This document shows positions 14,101 to 38,710 of a stretch of DNA of 64,000 nucleotides, one piece after another (position 1 is the first letter of the stretch; each line of letters opens with the position of its first letter). A model generated the notes under the pieces. The model searched no databases. It saw nothing but the letters and a program-made list of their open reading frames with translations, and was not told the DNA's origin. A program made the translations under genes and the position numbers. This stretch comes from Balanoglossus misakiensis (taxonomy: Eukaryota > Animalia > Hemichordata): the NCBI GenBank assembly GCA_040954595.2, contig CM082598.2:124001-188000 (forward strand), given 5' to 3'.

Positions 14101-16409
14101 AACCCTCCAGCCTCAGCTCAAGCAGCGTCAACGCAACGCAAGAAAAATAATGTAAGCAGATTTGTGGTCTGTACAATCATTTTGCCAGAAAATAAAAACA
14201 TTCCAATACTGCTTGTATACAGTGAAACCTGTGGGACCAGAAATGTTGTCCTTTAATTAAGAGACAGGTAATATTCTATTCAAACAATGACTTTTGTCTT
14301 GAAAAATCTGTCCTTAATAGAGAGGTGTCCTGATTAGAGAGGTGTCTGTAATGACAGGTTTCACTGTACATGCATAACCATTATTATTGACAGGAATCCC
14401 CTTCTGGTGGTGCTAGTAATTTGCTGGAAGTGGAAGACCTGGACAAATTTGTCATGATGCCGGCACCACAAGGCGTCACCATCAAATGCCGGATATCACG
14501 AGATAAAAAGGGCATGGATAGGGGAATGTTCCCAACATACTACCTTCACATGGAAAGAGATGACGGAAGAAAGGTATTGTAGAGTCATTTCTAGCTGGCA
14601 AAATATTTAGCATTACATGGCTTGATACCAGTTCAAATTCTCCATGGTCAAGAGTTATGCCTGGTACTCTACTGGGGGATGAAAATGACACAGTTTGCTA
14701 CTGACTTGACACTGTTAGGGTTAACAGTGCAGAATGGCTCTTCTGAGATTAATGAATGACATTCTTGGTGATCTTATAAGTTACCACCTCCCCCACCTTC
14801 CCCCCTCCAGGTGTTTTTACTTGCAGGCCGGAAACGTAAAAAGAGCAAAACAGCAAACTATCTTATGTCAACTGACGCCACTGATCTGTCAAGAGACGGT
14901 GAAAGTTTCACTGGAAAACTAAGGTAAGTTAGCATCCGTGATGCTTTGTATTGGTTAGTTGGACACAAAGTAGAAAGGTATTTTACTGACATGTAACATC
15001 ACAAGAAATGCAAACATTCTAACACTATTCTTATGGAAAACCTTATCCCTTTCACCACCATGGTTTGGTCCACAACTATTGTTTAGTATCAGTGATTAAA
15101 AAGATGTTGTCTTTCAGGTCCAATTTTCTAGGAACACACTTCACCATCTATGACAATGGAATCAATCCAGGCAAACCAGGTGCACTGTCTGATGGTTCAA
15201 ATATGAGACAAGAATTAGCTGCTGCTGTTTATGTAAGTCTTTTGCACAGTCTTTAAACTGTGTCTGAAATTGGCCAAATGTTAGAATTATTACCATGCAT
15301 CTACACATGTAGAGGTTTTCTAGAAAGTGTTACTGGTATGGAAGTGTATTTAACCTGGAACTTTTCCCATTGAAATATTTTGTTTGAACTGTTTTGCAGG
15401 AAACAAACGTGTTGGGATTCAAAGGCCCTCGTAAGATGACAGTAATAATTCCTGGGATGAATATTGATCATGAAAGAGTCACAGTGAAACCAAGAAATGT
15501 AAGTGACTGTGAGAGACATTCCTCACAAATTGATGCAAACCTTTCACTGCCATGGCAGGCATGTTATTACATCTAAATGACGATATACGTTTTTGTTTTA
15601 GGAACATGAGTCATTAGTAGAAAGGTGGAAGAAGAAAGCCATGGAGAATTTGTTAGAATTACACAACAAAACACCAGTGTGGAATGATGGTAAGCCTTAT
15701 CATTCCCCCCCCTCCCAAAGTGACATTTTTTTCTGTTATGTTTATGATCATTACCTGCCTTCTTTAAAGTCTAAAATAAAAAAAGTAAACCTTACTGTGG
15801 CCTCATTTTGCTGGATTAGGGGGTACATACAATCTTTTCTTAGCACCTTTTTTCACAATGCTATGATGCACTTCCTTGGCACAATTTTATACATTCTGTA
15901 CACTTGCTGCTTCAAAGTCCCAACTGTCAAACCTGGCTCAGTGGTGATCGACAACACTACTCAGAAAATCTCATCCAAGCCATCAATTTTGAATTATGAT
16001 GGAGATAATGAGGGTCAGTGCAACTATAACTGAAGCATTGATGAATATCTTTGTGTATTACACAGACACTCAATCGTATGTGTTAAATTTCCATGGCCGC
16101 GTGACACAGGCGTCTGTCAAGAACTTTCAGATTGTCCATGATAATGATGGTAAGTCTAAAATCCTCTTATCAATCTCATATAATAAGAGTGTTTTAAGAT
16201 TTGAATAAAAAGTTTTAAAAATGAGTGTCATGTATGAAAACTGATTTGATGATCCTTTTTTTATATTTTGTCCAGTTGACTACATCGTGATGCAGTTTGG
16301 ACGTGTTGCTGAAGACGTCTTCACAATGGATTACAATTATCCGATGTGTGCACTTCAAGCATTTGGAATTGCACTCAGCAGCTTTGATAGCAAGCTAGCA
16401 TGTGAATAA
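11151..16409 (+). CDS. TUB: Tubby family protein (TUB/TULP1-3 ortholog group), about 477 aa
   Basis: Exons 11151-11173, 12197-12492, 13706-13825, 13970-14151, 14394-14573, 14811-14923, 15118-15232, 15400-15498, 15602-15689, 16066-16149, 16276-16409 (1434 nt). N-terminal IFT-A-binding helix [18 protein letters not shown]; tubby domain [29 protein letters not shown]; ends FDSKLACE*. The first coding exon is the least certain. Confidence 0.93.
14218..14368. mobile_element. Tc1/mariner-type MITE in a TUB intron
   Basis: TA|cagtgaaacctgt ... acaggtttcactg|TA terminal inverted repeats with TA target duplication; internal agagaggtgtc repeats. Confidence 0.75.
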
Positions 16410-17164
16410 TAAATAGTGGACCAAGCACTCATTTTTAGCAATATTTAAAGAAGAAAAAATTGCAAAATGTATTTTACAAAGTTTATTTTGATGAAAGACA
16501 AAGTAGTTTGGAGATATCTGTCCAAGGTGGCCATTGTTTGAAGCTGTTCAGTCAAATTATCTCAATGTACTCCAGACTGTGCCATGATTGACTACATGTG
16601 GATCTGGGTTTTAGGAAATCCTAGGGAAAGTGCAAACATGTTTATGAAAAAAGGATTCAACAAAAAGTAAACGTAAATTTGAGAAAAAGAAGTTTGTTAC
16701 AATAAGCTCTACTCTCCTTATTAAATACTTAATTCATTATTTTGATGTTTTATTATTTCTTGTTCCTTTGTTTAAACAACTGGCCTTACCAGGCATTTTT
16801 ATCAAAATATTTCTACAATATCTGAATATGTTGGCTTTATATGTTTTAACCCTTATCAAAATGTCAGAAAATTGTGAGTATATACAAAATGCAGCCCTGA
16901 GATACTAGAAAGCATCTAAATTACGATAGGGATGTAACGTCATTTAGACGGTGTAAAGTGTGTTTGTGTAGTTTACAGTGCAGACTAAAAAATGAATTTT
17001 AACTGGATCAATACATGAGACAGGTTTACAAACTAGATTTTATCAATAAAAAAGTAAAATCGTTTTATGAGTATGGACTGCTAAGGACAGATTTCTTTTA
17101 AACTATGTAAACAGTTTGCATTTACGAAGAATATTTCAGTGTAAATTACATTATTATACATCTA

Positions 17165-17602
17165 GTGCCGAGAACAATAGATTTTGGCGTGCAATAAAAA
17201 GCCGTACGGAACGGTACGTACGGAACGCGCGTTAAATAAGCCTTAGTTTCAAGGCGCCCCAAACTCACCGTGTACAGGTATGCGCTGTTATGCGGACGGT
17301 TTCAAGGCGCCCGCATTCCAACGCACGTGCGCACACGTAAACAAAAAAGAAAGATGGCTGCTCACTGAGTCAACTGAGCGGTTTTCGATCGATTGTATCG
17401 GCATTTTGGGCGTTTTGAAAGCCAAGTAACATGCAACACAAGAACTAACGGAGATGTAAGATGTATAATAATAAGGTTATTACGAAAATACCGCAAAGTA
17501 TGCACTCGGACATTAGCGCAGCGCATCGCCCTCCGCTACGCGTCGGGCGATACTCAGCGCTAATGTCCTCGTGCATACTTTGCGGTATTTTCGTAATAAC
17601 CT
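17165..17602. mobile_element. Non-autonomous CpG-rich element ending in a 129-bp hairpin
   Basis: Abrupt CpG-rich island in AT-rich DNA 3' of TUB; near-perfect inverted repeat 17474-17602 (aggttattacgaaaataccgcaaagtatgcac...gtgcatactttgcggtattttcgtaataacct). The left boundary is approximate. Confidence 0.6.
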
Positions 17603-19190
17603 CATAGTCTATGGAAAATAAAATGGAAAACTGAATTGATTTGTTTTTAGAACAAGCTTGCTGCAGCTTCTAAAATATTGTCAGGGCACCTTGATTATAC
17701 ATGTTTAGATTATTACCCCCTATTTTACAGTACTGAGGTCTGCCTTTTACCATCTACGACAAAAGGTTCAACCACAGTGCAAGTGTTGAAAGGGTTTAAA
17801 GGTAATTGCTTCAACATTTCTCTCTAGGGTTAGTAATTGGTGGATCTGAGCTATGCTAATTTCTTACAAAAGATACAGCCCATCTTCGTGTGATCGATGA
17901 ATTTACAGTGATGTCAATCAAACAGATCTTTATTTCAGTGTAATTTATTTTTTTTAAGTTCACTGTAATTTTTCAAAACAAGTTTAATTTTTTTCTTGGA
18001 ATGAGATTGCTTTCAAAATAACAGGAGGCTACATGCATAATTTCAATCATTGTGAAACAAAAATTCGCTAGTAAGTTATGAAATTGAAATCAATACAGCT
18101 GCCAGCATACGTTGGAACTTTCACTGAATTTAGTGTTGTGTGGTTGCCATGGGGAATTGACAAAGGTCATAGGTGAACTGCCAACTGATTGTTGCCATGT
18201 CGACAGAAAAGACCTACCGGGATGCGAGATTTGGTGATAATTTCAACTCATACTAAAGATTTCTTGTCATATTTAGACATAGATTCATACTTTATGTGGC
18301 CCCTGTTATTTTATAAGGGAGTATTATCTACATTTTCACCTTTTGCACTCATTTTGCGGTACTTGATAGCAAATAACCTTCTAGAACTGTTTGGAATTGA
18401 TCATGTACAGTTGGGTTACAGTGAGCATTCTTAGTGGAAGGTTGACACAAATCAATTTCAGACTTTATTTCCAGTAATTTAATGTACAGATACCGCTTTT
18501 TTCAGATGAGCATGTTCAGAGAATTCTACATAGTAGCTGGCAAGGTTAAATGACAAATTGTTTATCATTATAGAGTATATTTTAATCTGAAATGCCTAGT
18601 AAAACACCGTAAAAGAAGTCTGTTCAACATGGCATATCAAGTTATTTTTAATAGCTCATGTTTCATGGACGGTTCAATACTGTCATGCTGATATTGGTTG
18701 TGTTGGAAGCCATGTTGGAAGACCTACTTATGTTAAAGGTTGCAATAACAAAACAGGCATATTTATTGGAAGTTACACATAAATAATATATTTGCAACTG
18801 CAGAATTCTTACTCGTTACAATGCATGCTCTAATTTTTATTTTAAATTGTTGTATATTTCATGTTCAATATTAATGTTTTGCTCAGAGATTTAAATCTGT
18901 CCATTTTTTGATTGCCAAAGATTAGTGAGGAACAATGCTTCTCTACTTCAACACAGTCAGCGCCTTGGAATGTTTGTTTCACAGATACATTTCCAGGATG
19001 CATAGGTGTTGATTACAGATGTTTCTGTATTGTAATTTTTGACATTCTTGCAGTTTTGTACAGTCAAAGAGTTTGTGGATTTAAAAACAGCTGTTAGTAA
19101 CAGATTTGTTGTTAGTGTCCCTTTTTAGGTCCCATTTTGGTATGTATACCTACCATGGGACTTTATGGATTCAGTTGTGTCTGTATGTTT

Positions 19191-19221
19191 ATGGATGGAT
19201 GGATGGATGGATGGATGGATG
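19191..19221. repeat. (GGAT)n microsatellite
   Basis: Visible tetranucleotide run. Confidence 0.9.
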
Positions 19222-19354
19222 ACATGTCCGTCCACATGGTCATTCACATGAGGGCGCTGTCAATCTCAATACACTCTGCAGAATATTTAACAAGTCCGGC
19301 CATAGACAGTACTGTTTTATATGGTCAGGCCTGGTAGTATCCTAAAATACGCGT

Positions 19355-19638
19355 TACGCCCTCTTGAGTTCAAGGCAACAATTATTGCTAGCACTTTTGA
19401 AAACAAAATCATTAAGGATCATTCACACGAGGTCGCTGTTTTGTTTGGGTTTTACGCCCTCTTGAGTTCAAGGCAACAATTATTACAAGCACTTTTGAAA
19501 ACAAAAGCATTAAGAATCATTCACACGAGGTCTCTGTTTTGTTTGGGTTATACGCCCTCTTGAGTTCAAGGCAACAATTATTACAAGCACTTTTGAAAAC
19601 AAAAGCATTAAGAATCATTCACATGAGGTCGCTGTTTT
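19355..19638. repeat. Tandem repeat, 98-bp unit, about 3 copies
   Basis: Unit tacgccctcttgagttcaaggcaacaattatt... starts at 19355, 19453 and 19551. Confidence 0.9.
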
Positions 19639-20771
19639 CCCATGAAAATTTAACGAAAATAAAACACCCAAAAGAAATACAGCCATGGTTTCTTTTTTTT
19701 TGTCCATTTAAACAAAGATTTAATCTCCCCTGCTCCTTATAATTGACATTTCATCATTAAATCACCAAAGAACAAAATAAAGCTCTTGCCCATTGCAATA
19801 AGTTTTCTTTTGACTGGTTAAATGAAAAATTCTGAAGACTTGTAATTCAGTTCCATTTACGTCATTTTCTTGCAATTAAACCAACATTATTTGCTTACAG
19901 AGTCAACAGTAAATTCTTTGGAAGACTACACACACCATGATACGAGGGTTACACCTACAGAAGCTGCAGTTAATACAATTTCTGATTGGCAATAAATCAT
20001 ATGCACTCCCTAGAATCTGGGGCATCATAAATCTGGGAAAAACAAAGGTTTCTTCTGATGAAGTACACAAACCTTATCAATGTTGTTTGCTTTGGACCAG
20101 CATGCAATTGATCAATTTAAACTTTGATCAAATCTTACCAACAAAGGAATTAGTCTTGTATCCAAGGTGATGAAAAGTTCATCCAAAGTTTGCTTGGAAT
20201 TCACACGAAGATGTCTTCATAATATTAAGAACATAAAAATAAATAAACACTAAACTCAGTGGTCGTCTTTACACCTCTAACCCCAACTCTATTAATATGA
20301 CAATTCAAATCATTTGACTTCATCACCAAAGGAAATATAAACCTATCTACATTAGCATAAGTCTGGTCTTGATCACATTTCACCTTTGATTTCAATAGCT
20401 TTCAATCTCAATACACTAATGTAGAAAGTCTGGCCTAAAATGTATTACACAGTATCCATACGAGCAGCCTAGTATATAAAACAATTCTTAACAGTTATGT
20501 GCGTGTTAAAATAAAATAAATATCCCAGAAAAGAAAACAAAAACAAAAATGCAAGACTGAACAGTTTTATGTACTCAATATTACATGACTTTCCTGGCCT
20601 GTGACTCCATTAATATAAACAAAGTCAGCTCCCCACTTCCTGTCAGTTGCAAAAGAAATATCTTTTCTTCACAAAATAGAACATGGTAAGTTCCTAAGTT
20701 TGTTAGTTTGGTTAAATATAATTTAAGGCATTCAGAGTTGAAAGTATTTGTAATTCTTTCATTCCGAAATG

Positions 20772-24878
<4,107 letters not shown>

Positions 24879-26280
24879 TCATAAAAATAGCAACATTATA
24901 GCTCCCAGTTTGATAAAAAATTATGCATGCATGTGTCTAATATTCTTCATTATGTGTATATCAAATTTTTATACATTGATATGAAAATTACTTCACTCAT
25001 AAATAATAAATAGGATTTTGGAACAATTGACCTTATGAATCAAAATAACCTTCAAAATTGTTATCAGAAAACTTAATACCCCAATTTACCATTCATCCAC
25101 CAGAACTATCAACTTAGAGAATTGTAAACCCTCTCTATCATGTCTACTATGAATACCTATACCTTTTTAATTATATTATACTTTTATAGATAGCTGAAGT
25201 GCAGACGAAACATTCCAATTTTGTCTATAAGAACTATATAATGTTACATAATGACTCCCTTTGATTTCAGTTTATTCATCATTATGATTTAGTTTCAGTG
25301 ATTAAAATACCGAAACCTGACATTACCAGTGCAGGAAATGCGACATAGATGACAAAATGGCATAGCTGAGACGTCCGTTTGCTATTGATAAAAGACGTCC
25401 CTAAATGAACTTTTATCAGGCTGCTTGATAAATATAACTGTTAACAGATGTTATCGGTTGGGTAGATATTCACACGTTTGTATTTGACAGCTATTGTAAT
25501 GGTAAACATAACGGAACTCAAAATCACCATGATAATGCCCCATGCTTAGGAGTTATGTAACAACCAAGCGCAGCACGCACCACTGAAAAATTGCAGTGTC
25601 ATACACCACTTCGTAGTTGAGTCTCTGCTTGACGGATACAAACCAGCCTGAGCTACAACTGCTAGTACTATTCGACAGCGTTTTTACGAAGCAATAAAAC
25701 GGTGGCAGATGGTAGCATTAATTTTCAGTACTACTTTAAACAAATTGTAAAACTAGCGATAGCCGCACTTGTACAAGCACGCAGACGGTGTCAGTGTCGA
25801 CAACGTGGACACGTTTACACACAGAGACGATATCAACGCACCGCTAATGTGCAGACCAGTATATTTTTCAGAAGAACTGATGGTTTACGCGAAGGAGAAA
25901 AGAATATACAAAAACTTACTTCTGGTTTTAACAAATGAGAACGAGAACGTCCCTCAACACACGCGTATCGTCGGCGAGCTGCTTACAACATGTACAACTT
26001 ACAACACCTTCGCTCGAAACCTTTGACCTTTATTATACAGAGGGCGCTATGACAAATAATAATCTGAGCAAGCGGCCGGGTGAGGGCGTGTTCCAGTTTG
26101 GAGTTAGATCCGAAGGTGACGGACTTCATGGCTTCAGACCCAAAATACACCTGTAAATATAAATGAAATATATAAATTTAAATGTGTACAAGTTAAATAC
26201 TAAACAGGTTCAAATAGTGTTATCCATCAGCTCGGGATGTGGAGAAGATAGAAGTATTTTATCACAAAAATGTAGATATT

Positions 26281-26505
26281 GGGGCATCATCATCTTTGTT
26301 TGATCTCATATAGAGGCAACAGCAACCCAATGCGAAAAGCTGAGATCAAACAATCGGTAAACTAAAGCCGCCTATCTCTACAGCTGACTTTAATCAAATG
26401 ATGGGGCATTTTCACCTTTGCTTGGTCTCAGCTGTTCACATAAAATATGCGAAAAGCTGAGACCGACAAAGGTAAAGATCTTTCTCTACAGCTGACTTTA
26501 ATCAG
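26281..26505. repeat. About 120-bp tandem duplication, each unit containing a stem-loop
   Basis: Both units share ggggcat..., atgcgaaaagctgaga and tctctacagctgactttaatca. Stems are ttgtttgatctca/tgagatcaaacaa and ggtctcagct/agctgagacc. Confidence 0.7.
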
Positions 26506-27129
26506 ATTGTATAAGCTACCGGTATAGCTAAAAGTGGTAACTTATGGGCGTTAAAGAGGATGACTTCGGCTGGATAACATTTGTTACAAAAGTCCACCAC
26601 TGGCACCTGCTGCTACTTACTCCTCTTATTGCAACATTTATTATTATTACTACGTGAAAATTCAATGATCAGAATGCCTGAGACTCGAGTGAGCTTGATA
26701 CGGAGTACAAACTGTCAGTTCTAAGTGCAGAGCGCCCTCAATTGGACGTTATCGTTTGTTCTCTTGTTATGTAGTTACGTTGTTCATACGCTTTAGTTCA
26801 GCCATGACTAATAGAGTCAGTAACGATATACAAACGAGGGAGGCCAGATAACTAATTTGCAAGTTTGTTGGTTGTCCCTTTACTATACAACGCCCTCAAT
26901 GGATACATTACAGTGACCCTTATGTTTTTCTTCATGAATGATCTTTTCTGCTTTTGTTTTCCAAAAGTGCTAAGCAATAATTGTTGTATTTAAACTCAAG
27001 TGGGCGCATTTTCACTGTACAGCATATGCACTAATATTAGAGGTGGGTTTCAGGAAGTAAGTCATTAGTAGTGTGAGGTGTGAAACCTCTGCGACAACCC
27101 AGGTCACATTACTTTGTATGTCACAGTTT

Positions 27130-27480
27130 CAAAGATAGATTAATGACATCAAAAAATTTCCCGTTGTTACCAATATTTTTAATTTCAAAGATAAAACTTT
27201 TCTCCAATCAAAATCAAGTTCTTTTCTAAAATCTACAAATGTTGAATACAAATAATTTACTTTCTTTATTTTTCCATTGTAACGATGTTTGCTTATTGCT
27301 GTATTAAGCAGAAACATGCAACCAGATATTCCTTCTAAACCCAAACTCGTATGGGGAAAAAGCTTGTTAGTTTCACAGAAATTATTTGTGTATTCAAATT
27401 GAAAATGACAAATTTAGATAAACTGCTTGATAGTGCAATGACCCTGTAATTGCAAGTCGTCCGAATTACTGATCAGTATT
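27130..27480 (-). mobile_element. Degraded non-LTR retrotransposon (LINE, CR1/L2-like) reverse-transcriptase fragment
   Basis: Minus-strand peptides NYRVIALSSSLSKF and LYSTFVDFRKELD...W...KL...TGNF resemble the LINE RT motifs NYRxIxLxS and FVDFxKAFD; frameshifted. Confidence 0.65.
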
Positions 27481-27689
27481 AATATAGTTGATTTCTAAAC
27501 ACATTTTGATCATAAGCATTTTGTAGCTTTGTAATTAGCAATTTTTTAGAACTGCTCTTCATCATGCATGCTGGTCTATGCCATTTTGTATTTACAATTT
27601 GTCCACCTTAAGTAGTTTTACACTTTATTTCAGAAATAAATATATCTAATCATGATTTTAATATCATGTCAGTGTGCATGCAAGTTTTC

Positions 27690-31491
<3,802 letters not shown>

Positions 31492-33215
31492 CTATATTAA
31501 GAGAAAGATAAACCTGCTCAATAAAAAAACACAAGTAAGATACACCCCTTCATTATTTGAAAGCATTGTTTTAAAATCATTGGTGAGTATATAACAATAC
31601 CTTTGACAGCGAATCGAGAGTTTAATGATATATGCAATTTTCAAAACTGGTCAAAGACAAATTTTTATGATGAATTGAATATCCACAAGAGAAAAGTATC
31701 TCTCAGAAACAGTAAAGGCTGGTCCATGTAATTTAGTGCAATATTTCTGAAAGATTTACTCAACAAGAAGAGATGACATTGCCAATACCCGTTGAGCCCG
31801 CCCTATCACGGATAGTTTTTGCACTTTTGAAACACCTTTTCGATTATCCTGAGAACATCAATATGTCAAAAAATCCCCCCAAAGTGCCCGTGTGGTTTCT
31901 GACCACTTGTGAACATGAAACTCTATAAAAACAAGTAAATATGTACAACTTACCAGATACTTGACTTGAACAGTTGATGATCACAAAAAAGAAAGTCTGC
32001 AAACAATTTTCATTAAACCAAGAAGGCTCTGGAAATATGATATCATGTATGTACTGTATAAACCTGTATGACTATTTTATGCATCCAGGATGTTGGTTTC
32101 AAACTGTTATCTGCAGGCAAAGTATTAACCAGATGTCACTCAAGCCAACATTTGCATTTATCCTCCTCACATAAGAACTACCGGTACTTAATCCGTAAGG
32201 AAAGGGGGTTGATGATGCACTGGCATATTGTATTTAATCAATGATTGAGCTGTTGATTGTACCCATAATATCTTTCTTTATATTAAAACAGTTATGTATA
32301 AGTTTAGAAATAAGTTTGGAAACATGTCTGTCAATCAAATAAGCGTTGCTTCCACATGATGTTCTATTCGCGAATATGCCATAGGCAACAGTTGGTTGTA
32401 ACTTTTCTTCCATTGATGCATAAGTTGAACAATTTGAATCCTTCCGTTTTAATCCCCCCAGCCATTAATCTCTCTTTCTCCATCTGTGAATTGTTTCCGT
32501 TTTAGCCATGTTGCCATCATCTTATAATCGCTTTTATTCTATCAGTTTATCTGGCTTAAGTGGTAACATGCTGGTTGTGTACAGATTTGTGCGTATGTGT
32601 GTGTTTGCTTGTTTGTATGTTGAGAGACAGAGCAAGATTGTTTCATTAACAAAAAGTACTAAAATGCTTCCATTGAGTACAGAAATAGCTGTGTCATGTT
32701 TACAGACTTCTGTTCACAGCTATTTCTATACTCAATGAAAGCTTTCTGTATGTCATAGAATGCAGTAAAAACTGATTGTTACTGGAAGTGTCAGATTCAA
32801 GAAATATATCCAGAAAAGCAGAGAAATTAAGCCAATTCTGTTGTTTCTTTATTCTCTTATAGGAGGATAAACCATTGAGACATATTAACTGCATGTGGGA
32901 TTATCGACAGAATTGTCTTTTAGCTGCAAAGACTTTCTTTTCTCTGGATGGATAAATTCTGTCTCATATAAGAGAAGAATCCCATTGCAAACACAGATGC
33001 ACAACTCTACCCATATTTTAAAATCCACATTTGAATAAATTCATTATGAGAAAGACTGTAGCACACTATTCTGAAGTCCATATTTCATGGTTCAGAGAAC
33101 AGATGTCTCAGTATCAAAGGTAACTTAGCTTTTTCCAATCTAAGGAAGTAAACATTAAGACGAGGTTTACTGCTACTCTAAGACGTCTGTTGTGCGCTGT
33201 GATGTCCCTTGTACT

Positions 33216-36346
<3,131 letters not shown>

Positions 36347-37949
36347 CTATAAAGAGAAGACATTTAAAGCAAGAGAAAATACCCAGTCTTTCTATAGAAG
36401 CAGAATAATTAACCAATTATGTACATGTAAACAACCATTTATACTTTTACTAAATCTTCTGCTGATCAAGCATATACAGAATAATAAAACAGAGTTAAAA
36501 GAAAATATATGTTTAGGGAACTAAGTACTTTTGGTGAAAACAACAAATTGCAATATGAGCCTATACTTACATATGACCACCATAAAATGTACACCTCTTG
36601 CAGCCAAAAAATTACTCTAGAACGTTCGTTGTGATTGATTGAATGATTGGTATGTGTTTGTGGTTTCAGGATTGGTTACTCAAAGTCTGTGTATTTTAAT
36701 AGATGCACGACACAAATGTTGCATTTACGATTATAATGTATTAATTCCAACTTTTCCCCCCAAGCAGGATCTGGCTTTATCACTCTGATCTAATCCTTTT
36801 GTTGTGAATGTTGTTCAAAAAAGGAAAATAAAGTTTGATTTTTGAGTGATTGTCAAATCATCATAAATGAAATGGCAGGCTAAAGATCAAAATAGTTTAA
36901 TAAAAGGACGGAAAAAAATGACATTTATCTCTATGGTGGAAATGAGAGATTAATTGACTAGTATTATATCCCAGTCCATAGAGAAAACAGGTCCAATTGT
37001 TACTTACCATTTGGTGTCATTCTACACAGTTTGACAAAAGCGGTTCTATGTGACTTCTGAAAGGGAAATCTTTGGAAACATTTCTGTGAGCCTTAATCTC
37101 ATGATGGAAACAATACAAAAATCCGCTTGAAACAGATCAGGTTTTAAAAATACACAGCTGGTATCTGTTGACGGTGCATTTTTAAAAAGGATTTATTGAC
37201 TTATCCGCAGCCAGTTGTGACCATATTATTTTCTGACAGAAAATGAAGCCATAATAGCTAGAGGACTGTCTTTACTTTTTTCATTTTCATCTCGATGTTG
37301 AACAGAATAAGGACAAGACACAATTTTTGATTTGATTGTCTACAGCAGAATGATGTAATTGGTAAATGTATTTTACACATACTTGTGCCAGTAGTCGCAA
37401 TTTTTAATTTATAAAATAAAATGTTAACAAATGACAAACAATCACCCAATCTTATCAGGTCTTTGTCACTAACAGCAGAGCTGAAGAGTAGTCAACTGTA
37501 CACATTAGACAGAGTAAAGCCAAATGCTGAATCAAAGTTCAGATTTCAGTGTTTTAAAATATTACCGAACTTGGGCATATATTGCAAAATAATAGGGCAT
37601 AAGTACATACTAGTATACGCAGACAGACAGACAGACAGACAGACAGGGAGACGTGAATGTATACACATGACAGAAAAAAAAGCCTCATACGAGGTGGAGA
37701 TGCAATACTTGTTTTATTTAACTGTAATTTTCTTTACAAATTAATGTACAAAATTCAACAGAAAAGTTCAGCATGATGAGTGTGTGTTTATGAAAAACAA
37801 AAAAAAGACAATGAAAAAAAATAATGTCTAACAAATTGAACGCATGTCTCAAATCGGACTGCAGCCAGTATACCGTAACCCACAGTGTTCAGAGATCTTA
37901 GGCAATAGATGCACGAGAAAATCATACTTTACGTTACAGAAATATACAC

Positions 37950-38010
37950 CCAAATTGTTTTCTTTGGTAAACCTGGACCTCTAAAGAGGGAACCAGGGGT
38001 GAAAGGGTTA
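37950..38010. mobile_element. Truncated TTAA/CCCTTTCAC MITE
   Basis: ...ggacctctaaagaggggaaccaggggtgaaagggttaa, one arm only; another partial copy at about 15046-15083. Confidence 0.6.
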
Positions 38011-38710
38011 AATGAAGATGATGAAAAATCTCTTGTCAAAGTTTGATCTGTGTAGCGGGAATAAACCATCTCATAAATACAATATAATACAAATAATTTG
38101 ATGACTGCAACATGGGTACAAAAGAGAGCTAGAGAAAGAACAGATTTGATGACAACCATGGAAGGCCCGACACTTGGTGACTCTGACTTCAGACCCGACA
38201 CCAAAAGTCAGAAATTAATAAAAGTAGTGGTTCGGTTCATATGTTTAAAATAATTTTATTGAACATTAATTGCCTTTTCAATCAATTTACATTTCCAGTT
38301 TAATGGTCTTTCTGAGGTACTTTACAAGTACACGTAGTTGTGATTGGGTTCGCATTTCTAAGCTATTTGTGTAGAGCCATACACAGGCTTTAAAATCATC
38401 ATGACAGCTCTGACTTCATTGTCTACATTAGAGCTTAGCTTCAAGCCTGTGCAATCAGATGATAACACAACCTCCACAAAACAAAAGAATTATTCAAGTA
38501 AATGTTTTACATTATTACAACAGTTTCTACAAAAATGAAAATCAAATTAGTGTCATTGGTTATCTATTGACACTGACTGACAATGATAGATATAATTTGA
38601 TCAAAATGTCCTGTTTACATCTCCAAACTCAATATGCAAAATAATGTCAGTGTCTTCATCAGATTTTTGTCTTGTATAGTCATAAAAATAGAACAGGATA
38701 AAGGGAGAAT

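Noticed and set aside
19355-19638. Repeat array as a CRISPR
   Set aside because: The 98-bp units are contiguous with no unique spacers, there are no cas genes, and the context is eukaryotic.
25702-26156. Plus-strand ORFs upstream of GFUS copy 1
   Set aside because: No domain similarity recognised; the region looks like CpG-rich promoter DNA.
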